From an uncultured Zetaproteobacteria bacterium (GTDB taxonomy: Bacteria > Pseudomonadota > Zetaproteobacteria > Mariprofundales > Mariprofundaceae): a stretch of 64,000 bases of DNA. Below are positions 47,300 through 60,271 of this stretch, piece by piece. Position 1 is the first letter of the stretch. Each line of letters begins with the position of its first letter. The translations under genes and the position numbers were made by a program. The stretch spans positions 1,544 through 65,543 of the forward strand of contig CAZLJF010000002.1 in the NCBI GenBank assembly GCA_964559845.1, in the 5' to 3' direction. The notes below the pieces were generated by a model. The model worked only from the letters and a program-made list of their open reading frames with translations. It did not search any database and was not told the DNA's origin.

Positions 47300-49993
47300 T
47301 CAGGAAGCAAGCTGGCGCAGTACATACTGCAGGATACCACCGTGCTGGTAGTATTCCACCTCTTTCGGTGTATCGATGCGCACATCAACAGTGAAGGTCT
47401 TGACCGAACCATCTTCCGCCGTAGCTGTCACCGTCAACTCCTTGCCGGATCCGTCACCAATGCCATCAAAATCATACGTTTCCCGCCCTGTCAGTCCCAG
47501 TGAGTCGGCAGACTCCCCTTCCTTGAACTGCAGCGGAAGGATACCCATACCGACAAGGTTGGAGCGATGGATTCTCTCATAGGTTTCGGCAATTACGGCC
47601 TGCACACCCTGCAAACGCGGACCTTTGGCCGCCCAGTCACGCGATGAACCGGAACCATACTCCTTGCCGGCAAGGATGATGGAAGGCACGCCCTCCTCCC
47701 TGTACTTCATGGCTGCATCGTAGATGCTCATCTGTTTACCGGATGGCTGATGGATGGTGACGCCCCCCTCCGTTCCCGGAGCCAGGCGATTACGCAGACG
47801 GATGTTGGCGAATGTGCCGCGCATCATGACTTCATGATTACCGCGACGGGAGCCATAGGAGTTGAAATCCTTAAGCGCAACACCATGTTCCAGAAGATAT
47901 TTACCTGCAGGTGAATCGGCCTTGATCGCACCGGCCGGTGAGATGTGGTCGGTGGTAACAGAATCACCCAGCAGCGCCAGTACACGCGCACCCTTAATGT
48001 CAGACACAGAGCCAGCCTCCTTGCTCATGCCTTTAAAATATGGCGGTTGCTGGATATAGGTGGAATCCGCATCCCATGCAAAGCGGTCACCGGTCGGTGC
48101 TTGCAGATTCTGCCAGTTGGCATCACCGGCATAGACATTGCCATAGGAGGCCTCGAACTGTGCGGCAGTCACACATGATGCCACGGCATCAGCCACCTCT
48201 TTCTGGCTCGGCCAGATATCCTTCAGGAAGACATCATTACCGTTCCGATCCTGACCGATTGGATCATTGTAGAGATCAATATTCATTGTGCCGGCAATGG
48301 CATAGACCACGACCAGAGGAGGGCTTGCCAGATAATTCATACGCACTTCGGCATGCACACGCCCTTCGAAGTTGCGGTTGCCGGAAAGCACCGAACATAC
48401 TGCCAGGTCACCCTCGGCAATTGCTGCGGATACTTCGGCAGGCAGTGGCCCCGAGTTGCCGATACAGGTGGTGCAGCCATAACCGACCGTGTTGAAGCCG
48501 AGCTGATTCAGTGACTCTGTCAAACCAGCCTTGTCCAGATATTCGGTCACCACCAGTGAACCGGGGCCGAGTGATGTTTTCACCCAGGGAGCGGATGTCA
48601 GACCAAGGGCGGCGGCCTTTTTCGCCACCAGGCCTGCCCCCAGCATAACAGAGGGATTGGAGGTGTTGGTACAGGAGGTAATGGCCGCAATCACCACCGC
48701 ACCATCCTGTATGGTCACATCCTGACCGTTGATGGTTGTTTTCACAGGCTTCGTGGTAATGCCCGCTTCAGCTTTTACTGCCTCGACCGTCTCCTGATAT
48801 TTCGCTTTGGACTCAGTCAGGGCAATGCGATCCTGCGGACGCTTGTGGCCTGCCAGAGACGGCACCACTGTGGACATATCCAGTTCAATATATTCGCTGT
48901 AAACCGCCTCCACAAAACTCTCATCGCGGAACATGCCCTGCGCCTTGGCATAGGCCTCAACCAGCGCGATATTTTCCTCGCTACGGTTGGAGAGGCGCAG
49001 GTAATTCAGGGTCTCATCATCAATCGGAAAGATACCGCAGGTGGCGCCATATTCAGGCGCCATGTTGGCAATGGTGGCACGATCCGCCAGCGGAAGGTGA
49101 TCCAGTCCTTCACCATAAAATTCGACAAACTTGCCGACCACACCATGCCTCCTCAGCATCTCAACAATGGTCAGGACAAGATCGGTGGCTGTAGCACCTT
49201 CAGGCAACTGACCCGTCAGCCTGAAGCCGACCACCTTCGGCACCAGCATCGATACCGGCTGGCCCAGCATCGCCGCCTCAGCCTCAATGCCACCAACACC
49301 CCAGCCCAGCACACCCAGACCATTGATCATCGTGGTATGAGAATCGGTGCCGACCAGCGTATCGGGATAAGCGACACCTTCATCATTCACAAATACGGTT
49401 CGCGCCAGAAATTCAAGATTGACCTGATGCACAATGCCGGTGCCCGGCGGCACAGCCTTGAAGGTCTCAAAGGCATTCTGTCCCCATTTCAGGAAGTTGT
49501 AGCGCTCACGGTTACGCCGAAACTCAATTTCGGTATTTTTTGCAGCCGCATCCGGTGTTCCAAAGACATCCACCTGTACGGAGTGGTCAACAACCAGTTC
49601 GGCAGGCACCAGCGGCTCGATCTTGCTGGTATCGCCGCCCAGGGCAGCCATCGCATCGCGCATGGCCGCCAGATCCACGACGGCAGGCACACCGGTAAAA
49701 TCCTGCATCAATACTCGGGCAGGCATGTAGGCGATTTCATGGTTGGGCTCGGCTTTTTCATCCCAGTTGGCGAGCGCATTGATATCGCCTACCGTGACAT
49801 TTACGCCATCTTCACGGCGCAGCAGATTTTCCAGAAGAATCTTCAACGAAAATGGCAGGCGGGAGACATCACCGACAGCATCCAGCTTGTAGTAGGTATA
49901 TTGCTTTCCCTGAACATCAAGCACTGCACGGGCGTTAAAACTATTGCTCACAACCAATCTCCTGGACATTAATGAATTTGAAGCGCCGAACAC
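47300..49993 (-). CDS. acnA: Aconitate hydratase A
   Basis: 897 aa, with IRP/aconitase motifs ([35 protein letters not shown]). The start is either GTG 49993 or ATG 49969. Confidence 0.93.
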   Translation of the reverse strand: MFGASNSLMSRRLVVSNSFNARAVLDVQGKQYTYYKLDAVGDVSRLPFSLKILLENLLRREDGVNVTVGDINALANWDEKAEPNHEIAYMPARVLMQDFTGVPAVVDLAAMRDAMAALGGDTSKIEPLVPAELVVDHSVQVDVFGTPDAAAKNTEIEFRRNRERYNFLKWGQNAFETFKAVPPGTGIVHQVNLEFLARTVFVNDEGVAYPDTLVGTDSHTTMINGLGVLGWGVGGIEAEAAMLGQPVSMLVPKVVGFRLTGQLPEGATATDLVLTIVEMLRRHGVVGKFVEFYGEGLDHLPLADRATIANMAPEYGATCGIFPIDDETLNYLRLSNRSEENIALVEAYAKAQGMFRDESFVEAVYSEYIELDMSTVVPSLAGHKRPQDRIALTESKAKYQETVEAVKAEAGITTKPVKTTINGQDVTIQDGAVVIAAITSCTNTSNPSVMLGAGLVAKKAAALGLTSAPWVKTSLGPGSLVVTEYLDKAGLTESLNQLGFNTVGYGCTTCIGNSGPLPAEVSAAIAEGDLAVCSVLSGNRNFEGRVHAEVRMNYLASPPLVVVYAIAGTMNIDLYNDPIGQDRNGNDVFLKDIWPSQKEVADAVASCVTAAQFEASYGNVYAGDANWQNLQAPTGDRFAWDADSTYIQQPPYFKGMSKEAGSVSDIKGARVLALLGDSVTTDHISPAGAIKADSPAGKYLLEHGVALKDFNSYGSRRGNHEVMMRGTFANIRLRNRLAPGTEGGVTIHQPSGKQMSIYDAAMKYREEGVPSIILAGKEYGSGSSRDWAAKGPRLQGVQAVIAETYERIHRSNLVGMGILPLQFKEGESADSLGLTGRETYDFDGIGDGSGKELTVTATAEDGSVKTFTVDVRIDTPKEVEYYQHGGILQYVLRQLAS

Positions 49994-50053
49994 TAGCGCC
50001 GGAGGATGGGTTTCTAAAGTGTGGGATGGTTAAGGTGGTGACCACACTGTTTC

Positions 50054-50797
50054 CTACTCTGATTTTTTAAGCAACGGTCTGATCAGGTCCATTGGCAGCG
50101 GGAAAACAATGGTGGAAGATTTGTCACCGGCAATCTCTGTTAGCGTTTGCATATAACGCAGTTGAATAGCCTGAGGCTGTTTTGACAGCCTGCTTGCCGC
50201 TTCAACCAGTTTTTCCGCCGCCTGCATTTCACCTTCCGCATGAATCACCTTGGCACGGCGTTCACGCTCAGCCTCGGCTTGTTTGGCAATCGCCCGAATC
50301 ATGCTTTCATCCAGATCCACATGCTTGATCTCGACGTTGGCAACCTTGATGCCCCAGTTATCGGTCTGGGTGTCAAGAATGGATTGAATGTCATGATTAA
50401 GCTTGTCGCGTTCGGCCAGCATCTCGTCCAGTTCATGCTGACCAAGCACACTTCGCAATGTGGTTTGCGCCAGTTGGCTTGTCGCCGCAAAGAAGTCTTC
50501 AACATTGATAATGGCCTTTTGCGGGTCGATAACACGGAAATAGATCACCGCATTGACCTTGACCGACACATTGTCACGGCTGATGACATCCTGGGTTGGC
50601 ACATCATGGACAAGCACGCGCAGATCCACCCGCTCCCATTGCTGGATAACCGGGATAATAATGATCAGACCGGGACCTTTCACCTTCCAGAAACGACCAA
50701 GCATAAAAACAACACCGCGTTCGTATTCACGCAACACGCGCAGCGCACTAAGAATAATTGCCAGAACAAAAGCAGTAATGATGGCGATCGGTATCAT
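50054..50797 (-). CDS. SPFH/band-7 (stomatin-like) membrane protein
   Basis: N-terminal TM helix, then [14 protein letters not shown]...; 4-nt ATGA overlap with the upstream nfeD. Confidence 0.88.
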   Translation of the reverse strand: MIPIAIITAFVLAIILSALRVLREYERGVVFMLGRFWKVKGPGLIIIIPVIQQWERVDLRVLVHDVPTQDVISRDNVSVKVNAVIYFRVIDPQKAIINVEDFFAATSQLAQTTLRSVLGQHELDEMLAERDKLNHDIQSILDTQTDNWGIKVANVEIKHVDLDESMIRAIAKQAEAERERRAKVIHAEGEMQAAEKLVEAASRLSKQPQAIQLRYMQTLTEIAGDKSSTIVFPLPMDLIRPLLKKSE

Positions 50798-52185
50798 GAT
50801 GAGTCCTCCTCGGTAATGATGGGTTTAACTGAAAGCGTGAGGCCATCCCGGCCGGTAACCTGAAGCGGCTGACCCTTTTTAACCGGTGTGCTGCTTTCTG
50901 CCTGCCAGATTTCACCGTGTAGATGCACCCTGCCATGCGTATCAAAGTCTTTACAGGCCACGCCTATGGCACCAACCAGCTCTTCGGCGCCGCTAACCAC
51001 CGGCCGTTTTCGTGCCCGGATGGCCATGCCGACGACCAGCATGAAGAAAAGCGCCGTGGTCAGTGTAACGGCGGCAATAACAAGCATGGAGAGTCCGAAA
51101 CCGGGAACAGTTGTATCCATCAAAATAACGGAACCAATAGCAAAGGCAATGATGCCGCCAATTCCCAATGCACCGAAACTCGGGGCAAAAACCTCGCCGA
51201 CCATAAAAGCGACACCCAGGGCGATCAGGCCAAGGCCGGCATAATTGACGGGCAGCGCCTGAAAGGCGAACAGCGCCAGCAGCAGGCAGATACCACCGAT
51301 TATACCCGGCAGTACAAATCCGGGATTGGCCAGTTCGAAGAACAGACCATAGATGCCAAGCAGCATCAGGATATAGGCAACATTCGGGTTGGTAATGACT
51401 GCCAGCAGCCGGGTGCGCCAGTCAGGCTCTATCTCTTCCACGCTGGCCTGCCGGGTATGCAGTGTTTGCGGTCCGGCGCGGGTCTCGACAATGCGTCCAT
51501 GCAGTTGCTGCAACATATCCGGCACATCTCTGGCGATCATGTCGATGACGTTTTTCTTCATTGCCTCTTCGGACGACAGGCTGGCGGCCGTGCGCACAGC
51601 CTGTTCCGCCCATTCAACATTACGGCCCCTGAGCATGGCAAGCCCGCGGATATAGGCCGCAGCATCATTGACCATTTTTTTCTGCATCGGGTTTTCCGCA
51701 GTTTCCTGGCTGGCCTTCTCCTCCGTTTTTTCAGATGCAGGCTTAGGCTGGTTCGGTTTGATGTTGCGCGGGTCTGCCGGAATCGGAGGCCCGCCGATCT
51801 GGACCGGTGTTGCAGCCCCCAGTGTTGTAGCCGGGGCCATGGCTGCAATATGTGAAGCATACAAAATGTAGGTGCCGGCACTGGCGGCTCTGGCGCCGGA
51901 AGGCGCAACGAAACTGGCCACAGCTACAGGTGAAGCCAGAATATCCCGAATGATATCCCGCATGGCCAAGTCCAGTCCGCCAGGTGTATCCATGCGCAGG
52001 ATAATCAGTCCCGCCTTCTTCTTTTCCGCTGCTACAATACCGTTGTGGATATAATTGGCTGTTGCCGGTCCGATTGGGCCCTTGATATTCAGCAACATAA
52101 TGCGGGATGTCTCATCACTGATGGCAATTCCAAAACCGCCCAGCATGATGCACGCCACACAAAGCCAGCGATAAATCATATACAT
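50794..52185 (-). CDS. NfeD-family membrane-bound ClpP-class serine protease
   Basis: Periplasmic ClpP-like domain ([18 protein letters not shown]), multiple TM helices and a C-terminal OB-fold (NfeD) domain. Start at ATG 52185 with an AGGTGG SD. Confidence 0.85.
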   Translation of the reverse strand: MYMIYRWLCVACIMLGGFGIAISDETSRIMLLNIKGPIGPATANYIHNGIVAAEKKKAGLIILRMDTPGGLDLAMRDIIRDILASPVAVASFVAPSGARAASAGTYILYASHIAAMAPATTLGAATPVQIGGPPIPADPRNIKPNQPKPASEKTEEKASQETAENPMQKKMVNDAAAYIRGLAMLRGRNVEWAEQAVRTAASLSSEEAMKKNVIDMIARDVPDMLQQLHGRIVETRAGPQTLHTRQASVEEIEPDWRTRLLAVITNPNVAYILMLLGIYGLFFELANPGFVLPGIIGGICLLLALFAFQALPVNYAGLGLIALGVAFMVGEVFAPSFGALGIGGIIAFAIGSVILMDTTVPGFGLSMLVIAAVTLTTALFFMLVVGMAIRARKRPVVSGAEELVGAIGVACKDFDTHGRVHLHGEIWQAESSTPVKKGQPLQVTGRDGLTLSVKPIITEEDSS

Positions 52186-52245
52186 CACCACCTGTATCCG
52201 TACCCGGATAGTATAGACAGGTTTTCAGGTGTTTGGGTTACATAT

Positions 52246-52893
52246 CTATTCCAGTTCGAGATAGAAGATGTTCATCGCCTCGGCCTTGCCCTTGAAGTGA
52301 ACAGAGTTGAGGAACCGGCAATACTGTTTGGTCATCGCTTTCGGCATGGTCCTCATGCTCTCTTCGGTTACCAGCCCCTGAAACGGTTGGGCAATGCCAC
52401 AGAGACGGGCAGCCGTATTCACCACATCACCAATCACGGTCAACTCCCTGCGGGTCTCGTCTCCCACCAGGCCCAGCAGCACTTTGCCATCGTGAAGGCT
52501 GAATCCGACCTTGCACGGCAGAAGTCCGTTCACCTTCTCTCTCTCCGGCAGTATTTTTAACATTTCAATAAGACATTGCAGCGCCTGCTCACCACGTCTC
52601 TCTCCCGAAAAACAGGCCAGCAGCCCATCACCAAGGAACTTGTTAATGCTACCACCATGCCTGTGCACAATGCCTGTCTGTATGGAAAGACTTGCATTGA
52701 TGGATGCATATACATCATGCGGGTCAAACTTTTCTGCCAATTCGGTGAAGCCGCGCATATCGCTGAACAGGATGGTCATCTGCTCTTCGAAAGCCAGGTC
52801 ATGCGGTATATCAGCACCATGCTGCTCCAGCATTCTCAATGTCTCGGGAGGAAGAAAGGGCCTCAGTGAGGCTGATTTAATTGCTTCATTCAT
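52246..52893 (-). CDS. Stand-alone class III nucleotidyl cyclase (adenylate-cyclase-type residues)
   Basis: 215 aa with metal Asp residues (ILFSDMRGFT, FLGDGLL). Lys in INKFLGDG and Asp in IGDVVNTAARL fit ATP specificity. No sensor domain is present. Confidence 0.75.
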   Translation of the reverse strand: MNEAIKSASLRPFLPPETLRMLEQHGADIPHDLAFEEQMTILFSDMRGFTELAEKFDPHDVYASINASLSIQTGIVHRHGGSINKFLGDGLLACFSGERRGEQALQCLIEMLKILPEREKVNGLLPCKVGFSLHDGKVLLGLVGDETRRELTVIGDVVNTAARLCGIAQPFQGLVTEESMRTMPKAMTKQYCRFLNSVHFKGKAEAMNIFYLELE

Positions 52894-52998
52894 ACATTTT
52901 ACTCGCTATCCATGGCTTCTCATTATTCTCGCTACGCTTTAAAATAAAATGTGCCGAAAAGCCTTACGCAAAAGCCTTGCCAAAGTTATAATGGTCTT

Positions 52999-53439
52999 AT
53001 GAAGCAAAAAACGATCAGCGCCTCTTTTACAAAACATGATGCCAGAGTTGAGAAGCATGACCTTAATGGTTACGGCATCATGCATGGTGGCAGGCTGTTA
53101 ACCCTGTGTGATGAAGTCGGCTACCTGGCCGCAAAAAAACATGCCGAATGCGATTGCCTTACGCGTGCAGCTCACAACATTCAGTTTTATTCATTCATGA
53201 AGGAGGGGGAACCGTTTTCAGTGCAGGCCAGGGTTGTATTGACTGGAAAAACAACCATGTGGGTCGAGTGTTCGATAAAAAACAGCGAACAAACCGTCAT
53301 GAGCGCAATATTTGTCTATATCGCAGTTGACAAGAAGTTCAAACCGATAGCTGTACCTGCAGTTCAGGCTGAGGATACACAGGAAATGAGAGCGCAGACC
53401 CTGATGCGACACTGCTATGACCAGGTTAGGGCCTGTTAA
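52999..53439 (+). CDS. Acyl-CoA thioesterase (hotdog fold, YciA-like)
   Basis: NGYGIMHGGRLLTLCDEVGYLAA and about 146 aa in length. Start at ATG 52999 (the ORF-track start 52951 is GTG). Confidence 0.7.
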   Translation: MKQKTISASFTKHDARVEKHDLNGYGIMHGGRLLTLCDEVGYLAAKKHAECDCLTRAAHNIQFYSFMKEGEPFSVQARVVLTGKTTMWVECSIKNSEQTVMSAIFVYIAVDKKFKPIAVPAVQAEDTQEMRAQTLMRHCYDQVRAC

Positions 53440-53539
53440 GGAAGTGCTGATTTATTCCGCTCTTCCTTACAGGCCATGAATGCCTCCATGCAGGCGGAAG
53501 CCGTGTAAAATTTCTTTTATGCAATTATTCAGCGTCTCC
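53439..53539. repeat. Second copy of the intergenic element seen at 27615 (5' module plus 3' attcagcgtctcc end)
   Basis: The first 22 nt, aggaagtgctgatttattccgc, are identical to 27615-27636. Similarity continues for about 48 nt with a few mismatches. The 3' end gcaattattcagcgtctcc compares with caatattcagcgtctcc at 27750-66. Confidence 0.65.
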
Positions 53540-53548
53540 GTAACGCAT

Positions 53549-53579
53549 AAAAAAGCCCCGACCAGACAGTCGGGGCTTT
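53549..53579 (-). terminator. Rho-independent terminator downstream of the hybrid histidine kinase
   Basis: Stem aaagccccgac / gtcggggcttt with loop cagaca. On the minus strand it is followed by TTTTTT. Confidence 0.7.
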
Positions 53580-53715
53580 CATATCCGGCGCAAAACACTA
53601 GGGGAGGGGAGGAAGAATCTGCGCCGGACGAGGTGAACCATACAAATCGACAATGATGTCAGGGTTAATTCGTCATGAAAATTTGTTAATCAAGCCAAAG
53701 CTCCCTTGCACCTAT

Positions 53716-56700
53716 TTATCCGCATATTGTGTCGCAAGCGGTTGTCGACCTCAACAGTGCCTGAACCAACCGTGATAATTCCGGAACCTGCACAGGTTTT
53801 GAAACAACTGTGGTATTTTCCCTCTCATCGGTGTGCAGTTGCACATTGCCCTCATCGTAACCGGTGACAAAAACTGTTGGTACGGTTGCATGGATATGGC
53901 GGATTTGCCTGAACATCTCTACACCACTCATCCTCGGCATCGTGACATCGGTAATAATGGCGGCAATCCTGTCCCGATACTGTTTGAAGCGTTCAAGGCC
54001 TTCAACCCCATCCCTGGCCGTGACCACTGTATACCCCAACTCTTCAAGCACCCCCTGCATGGCCTCAATAATGAGCATTTCATCATCGACAAGCAGCAGC
54101 ATCTCATGTCTCGCACTGCGCACAGATGACTGATTGCCGCTGTCATCAGAATCTGTTGCCATCGCTTCTTCAATAAGTGGCAAATAGACCCGGAATGTTG
54201 TACCTTTACCAACGCTGCTATCGACTTCAATCACCCCATGGTGCGAAGTGATGCTTCCATACGCTGTGGACAGCCCCAGGCCCGTTCCTTCTCCCACCTC
54301 TTTTGTGGTATAGAAAGGCTCAAAAACCCTCACCACGGTCTCTGCATCCATACCATGACCTGTATCCGATATGGCCAGGCAGGCATAGTCACCCCTCTTG
54401 AGTTCGGGGTGACGATGAAAAAAGCTGTCATTGGGCCTGCAGCGATCCAGAGTAACAGCGATGCTTTTTACATCACTGTCGGCAACTGCATCACGGGCAT
54501 TGTTGATCATATTCATCAGCACCTGCTGAATCTGATTGGCATCACAGTTCACCATCATATCCGGCGCGGCGATGTTCAGGGAGAGGTCGATATCCTCTGC
54601 AACGCCGAGTTTTGCGGTCTTGAAACCCTCCTTGATCAATACACCCAGCGGCATCTCCTGTTTGTCCTGAAAGAAATCCTTGCGAGAAAAGGTCAGCAAT
54701 TGTTTGACCATTTCTCCAGCCTGTTTGGAAATATCTTCGATTGCTTCAAGGTGAGGAGTGATTTGGGGGGCATTTCTGGCCTTCATTTTGGCCAGATAGG
54801 CCTTGCCGATAATACCGGCCAGCAGGTTGTTGAAATTATGTGCCACGCCACCCACCAGCGCACCAACCGCCTCCATCTTCTGGACATGGCGCAACTGGTG
54901 TTCCATTTTTTGCTGTTCGGTGGCATCGCGCACCATGCCGATAAACATCTGTTGGCCGTCCATCTGCATGGTATTAATGGAGAGTTCCATCGGAAACTCC
55001 GAGCCATCCTTCTTCAGGCCATGCACCTCTATGATCTTGTCAATCACCACTCCTTCACCTGTTTCTCGATAATGCTGCAATCCAGCCTGATGGCGCTCCC
55101 GGTATACCTCCGGTATCAGCATGGTGATATTCTGCCCGATCACCTCATCCCGGGTATAACCAAAAACTTGTTCAGCAGCCGGATTGAACGACTGGACCGT
55201 GCCATCTGCATCCATGGTGATGATGCCATCCCCGGCATGGTCAACCACCGCACTCATATATGAACTGACACGCATCAGCTCCCCGGCAATCGTGTTGAAC
55301 GAACTGACCACATCGCCCAGTTCATCGCTGGCAGGCAGCCGGCTAAGCTCATTCACATCCCCTCCTTTCATACGCAGAGCCGCCTTATCCAGCGCCTGGA
55401 TCGTGTTCATTACCGATTGATAAAAGGCAGCAAACAGGAACAGCAACAGCAGGAACAGCAATATGGCCGCAAGCTTGATGTTATACTGAACCGTGATGCG
55501 ATCGATAATCCGTTGCTGAAGCTGTTGTTCGATATATTTCAAAACGGCATCATTTAATGCATAACCCTGCTCAATGGCCGCAGTGGCCTGCTGAAAGTAC
55601 GCCTTGGAAGAGATAGAGAGTACTCCATCCGCAATAAGTTGCTGCTCAGCTGTGGCGACAAATCTTCGGGTCCGATCTGTAAAAACGCTATACAACGATA
55701 GCAGCTCCTCAAGGCCCTGCATTTCCAGCGATCGCTCAAGCAATTGCTGTAGTGCCTGTAAAGAGAGTTTAATCCGGCTGGCCATAGCCCCGAGCATAAT
55801 CTGCTCATCTCTGGAAATGGTTTTACGGGCCATAAAGCCGCTCCCCTGGCCGCGCAACTGTCCAATCTGTTCGAACAGTTCGGGCATCACCTCCAGTTGC
55901 GCGGCAAGCAGGTTATGCAGGAGTGGGCTCTCATCGAAGGAGAGTCTGCTCGCCTCTCCCACATAGCGCAGGTGATTGGCAAGCAGTGCAATGATTTCCG
56001 TGTGCAGTCGCCACTGTATTAATGGATCCGTCTTCTGCTCTTTGATGGAAGCCCAGCGCGAAAGGATTTCCGTCCATTTATGCGAAACAGGAATCTGCCG
56101 GACATGCAATTGATCCATCCGGGCACTGTCGGCAAACAGACGGTCAATCTGCGCTGCTTTTTGCTTCAGAGGCTCACGGAACAGATCGGGATTGGCAAAA
56201 TTCGCATTGGTCATGCCGCGATGTTCGGGAATAGCCTTGAACAGTTCGGCAGTCTTCCGGATGTGCTCAATGCCGGTAATTTTCAACCTGGCATGGGCGA
56301 CATCCTGTTCTGCCATACTGATTTCATCCCACATCAATATGGCCAGCGGTATAACAAAACACATGCTGATCAGGGCAAACTTTTGTGGGTATTTCAGCCT
56401 GTACATGAGGCGGATACCGGAGTACAGCAACAGTTCTGCGTCATCGCATTCCAACTGCTGTTGCAAGATGCCCGCCAGGGCGTTCGCCAGCAGCAGGAAT
56501 GCGATGGCCGTAAACAGCGATATGGAGGCAAAATGCACATAGCCTTCAGATGCAACCCCTATGAAAATATTCATACCAATGCTGAGCAGAGAGACCAGTA
56601 CGACCAGCAGAATTAATGCATGGGTGATGGTGGTAAAACGGCCAGGCTCCTTCCGGGCGGCCAATAAGATGAGGATGATACCGGTGAATAGCAATCCTGC

Positions 56701-57108
56701 TGCAGTAGCGGGCGACATGCGCCCCGGATAGGGGCTGGTCAGGCCATAGCCATGTGAATCGAACAGCAGGTTATCGATACCGAAACTGATACCGAACAGA
56801 TCCTGCAACAGGGAAAGAGTGGCAAACAGGCCGACAAACAGACCGGTGCTCTTTCTAAATGAGCGGCATACGGCTTCCTTCCGGCTCAGCGGCAAACAGG
56901 CCAGCGCCACCAGCACAAAGCAGAGTGCCGTATTGAAGGTCATGTCCGCTATACCCGGCAGCCATGCAGCCAGCACAGCATGATCGCTCCACCAGCCTAG
57001 CAGTGCAGCCATACTGATGAGCAGAACGATCACCGCAGAAATATTGGCAATTTTACCCATCTGTTTGGGACTCCAGTTCCATATTTGAGGAACTTGGATA
57101 ATATCCAT
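53716..57108 (-). CDS. Hybrid sensor histidine kinase/response regulator with large multi-TM and helical sensor region
   Basis: 1130 aa. About 7 N-terminal TM segments, a long helical extracytoplasmic-like region, a second TM plus HAMP-like segment, PAS, HisKA (H-box GGVAHNFNNLL), HATPase (GTGLGLS) and a C-terminal REC domain (LLVDDE...ITDVTMPRMSG). Confidence 0.88.
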   Translation of the reverse strand: MDIIQVPQIWNWSPKQMGKIANISAVIVLLISMAALLGWWSDHAVLAAWLPGIADMTFNTALCFVLVALACLPLSRKEAVCRSFRKSTGLFVGLFATLSLLQDLFGISFGIDNLLFDSHGYGLTSPYPGRMSPATAAGLLFTGIILILLAARKEPGRFTTITHALILLVVLVSLLSIGMNIFIGVASEGYVHFASISLFTAIAFLLLANALAGILQQQLECDDAELLLYSGIRLMYRLKYPQKFALISMCFVIPLAILMWDEISMAEQDVAHARLKITGIEHIRKTAELFKAIPEHRGMTNANFANPDLFREPLKQKAAQIDRLFADSARMDQLHVRQIPVSHKWTEILSRWASIKEQKTDPLIQWRLHTEIIALLANHLRYVGEASRLSFDESPLLHNLLAAQLEVMPELFEQIGQLRGQGSGFMARKTISRDEQIMLGAMASRIKLSLQALQQLLERSLEMQGLEELLSLYSVFTDRTRRFVATAEQQLIADGVLSISSKAYFQQATAAIEQGYALNDAVLKYIEQQLQQRIIDRITVQYNIKLAAILLFLLLLFLFAAFYQSVMNTIQALDKAALRMKGGDVNELSRLPASDELGDVVSSFNTIAGELMRVSSYMSAVVDHAGDGIITMDADGTVQSFNPAAEQVFGYTRDEVIGQNITMLIPEVYRERHQAGLQHYRETGEGVVIDKIIEVHGLKKDGSEFPMELSINTMQMDGQQMFIGMVRDATEQQKMEHQLRHVQKMEAVGALVGGVAHNFNNLLAGIIGKAYLAKMKARNAPQITPHLEAIEDISKQAGEMVKQLLTFSRKDFFQDKQEMPLGVLIKEGFKTAKLGVAEDIDLSLNIAAPDMMVNCDANQIQQVLMNMINNARDAVADSDVKSIAVTLDRCRPNDSFFHRHPELKRGDYACLAISDTGHGMDAETVVRVFEPFYTTKEVGEGTGLGLSTAYGSITSHHGVIEVDSSVGKGTTFRVYLPLIEEAMATDSDDSGNQSSVRSARHEMLLLVDDEMLIIEAMQGVLEELGYTVVTARDGVEGLERFKQYRDRIAAIITDVTMPRMSGVEMFRQIRHIHATVPTVFVTGYDEGNVQLHTDERENTTVVSKPVQVPELSRLVQALLRSTTACDTICG

Positions 57109-57220
57109 AAGGAAAACAAGTGTAAATTTTTTTGTTGTTTATTAGCGGTTATTCATGCCTGTAGAAATAACAGAAACAGTTACACGCGATTTACAGCTTG
57201 CTGTCCATAGCATCCCGCTA

Positions 57221-57258
57221 ACAAAGAAAAAGGACCCCCGGTCTCCCGGAAGTCCTTT
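57221..57258 (-). terminator. Terminator hairpin downstream of tRNA-Gln
   Basis: Outer stem aaaggac / gtccttt with inner ccgg/ccgg pairing. On the minus strand it is followed by TTTTCTTTGT. Confidence 0.6.
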
Positions 57259-57266
57259 GTTATTAA

Positions 57267-57340
57267 TGGCTGGGGGACAAGGATTCGAACCTTGATTGAC
57301 GGAGTCAGAGTCCGCTGTCCTGCCGTTAGACGATCCCCCA
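57267..57340 (-). tRNA. tRNA-Gln (anticodon CUG)
   Basis: Reverse complement: TGGGGGA TC GTCT AACGGC AGGAC A GCGGA CTCTGAC TCCGT CAAT CAAGG TTCGAAT CCTTG TCCCCCA G CCA. It folds as a cloverleaf with a 7-bp acceptor stem, a GTTCGAATC T-loop and an encoded CCA. Confidence 0.9.
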
Positions 57341-57392
57341 TTTAAGGAATGGGCGCACCATAATTGCAGAGGGAAAGGCCGTCAATTACCAA

Positions 57393-59990
<2,598 letters not shown>

Positions 59991-59997
<7 letters not shown>

Positions 59998-60266
59998 GCT
60001 GTGCACTCCTTGGATAACATCATCAGAGCCTCTTCAAGCTCCGTCTGGTTGAACCGGTGTTTCATTTTCACGACCCCGTCAATCAGCAAAACAGGCACAT
60101 CCGCCCCATACCTGGCTGCCAGTGCAAGTTCATGATCGACATCAATCACTTCAACCATTTCACCTGGATACAACCCTTTTTTCACCGCCTGCAAAACAGC
60201 CGCCTCTGCATCCTCGCAAAGGCAGCATGCTTTACGACTTATTATCTGAACCCGCGGCAAACTCAA
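59991..60266 (-). CDS. Glutaredoxin-like small protein (DUF836-type)
   Basis: 91 aa with an N-terminal CCLC (CxxC) and a thioredoxin-fold pattern (VPVLLIDG). TTG start. Confidence 0.6.
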
Positions 60267-60271
60267 AAAGC

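Noticed and set aside
50054-52185. SPFH/band-7 plus NfeD pair as a candidate novel membrane system.
   Set aside because: This is the widespread, already described NfeD-stomatin operon (4-nt coupled). Nothing in the sequence or context (core GC, between acnA and a cyclase) marks it as unusual.
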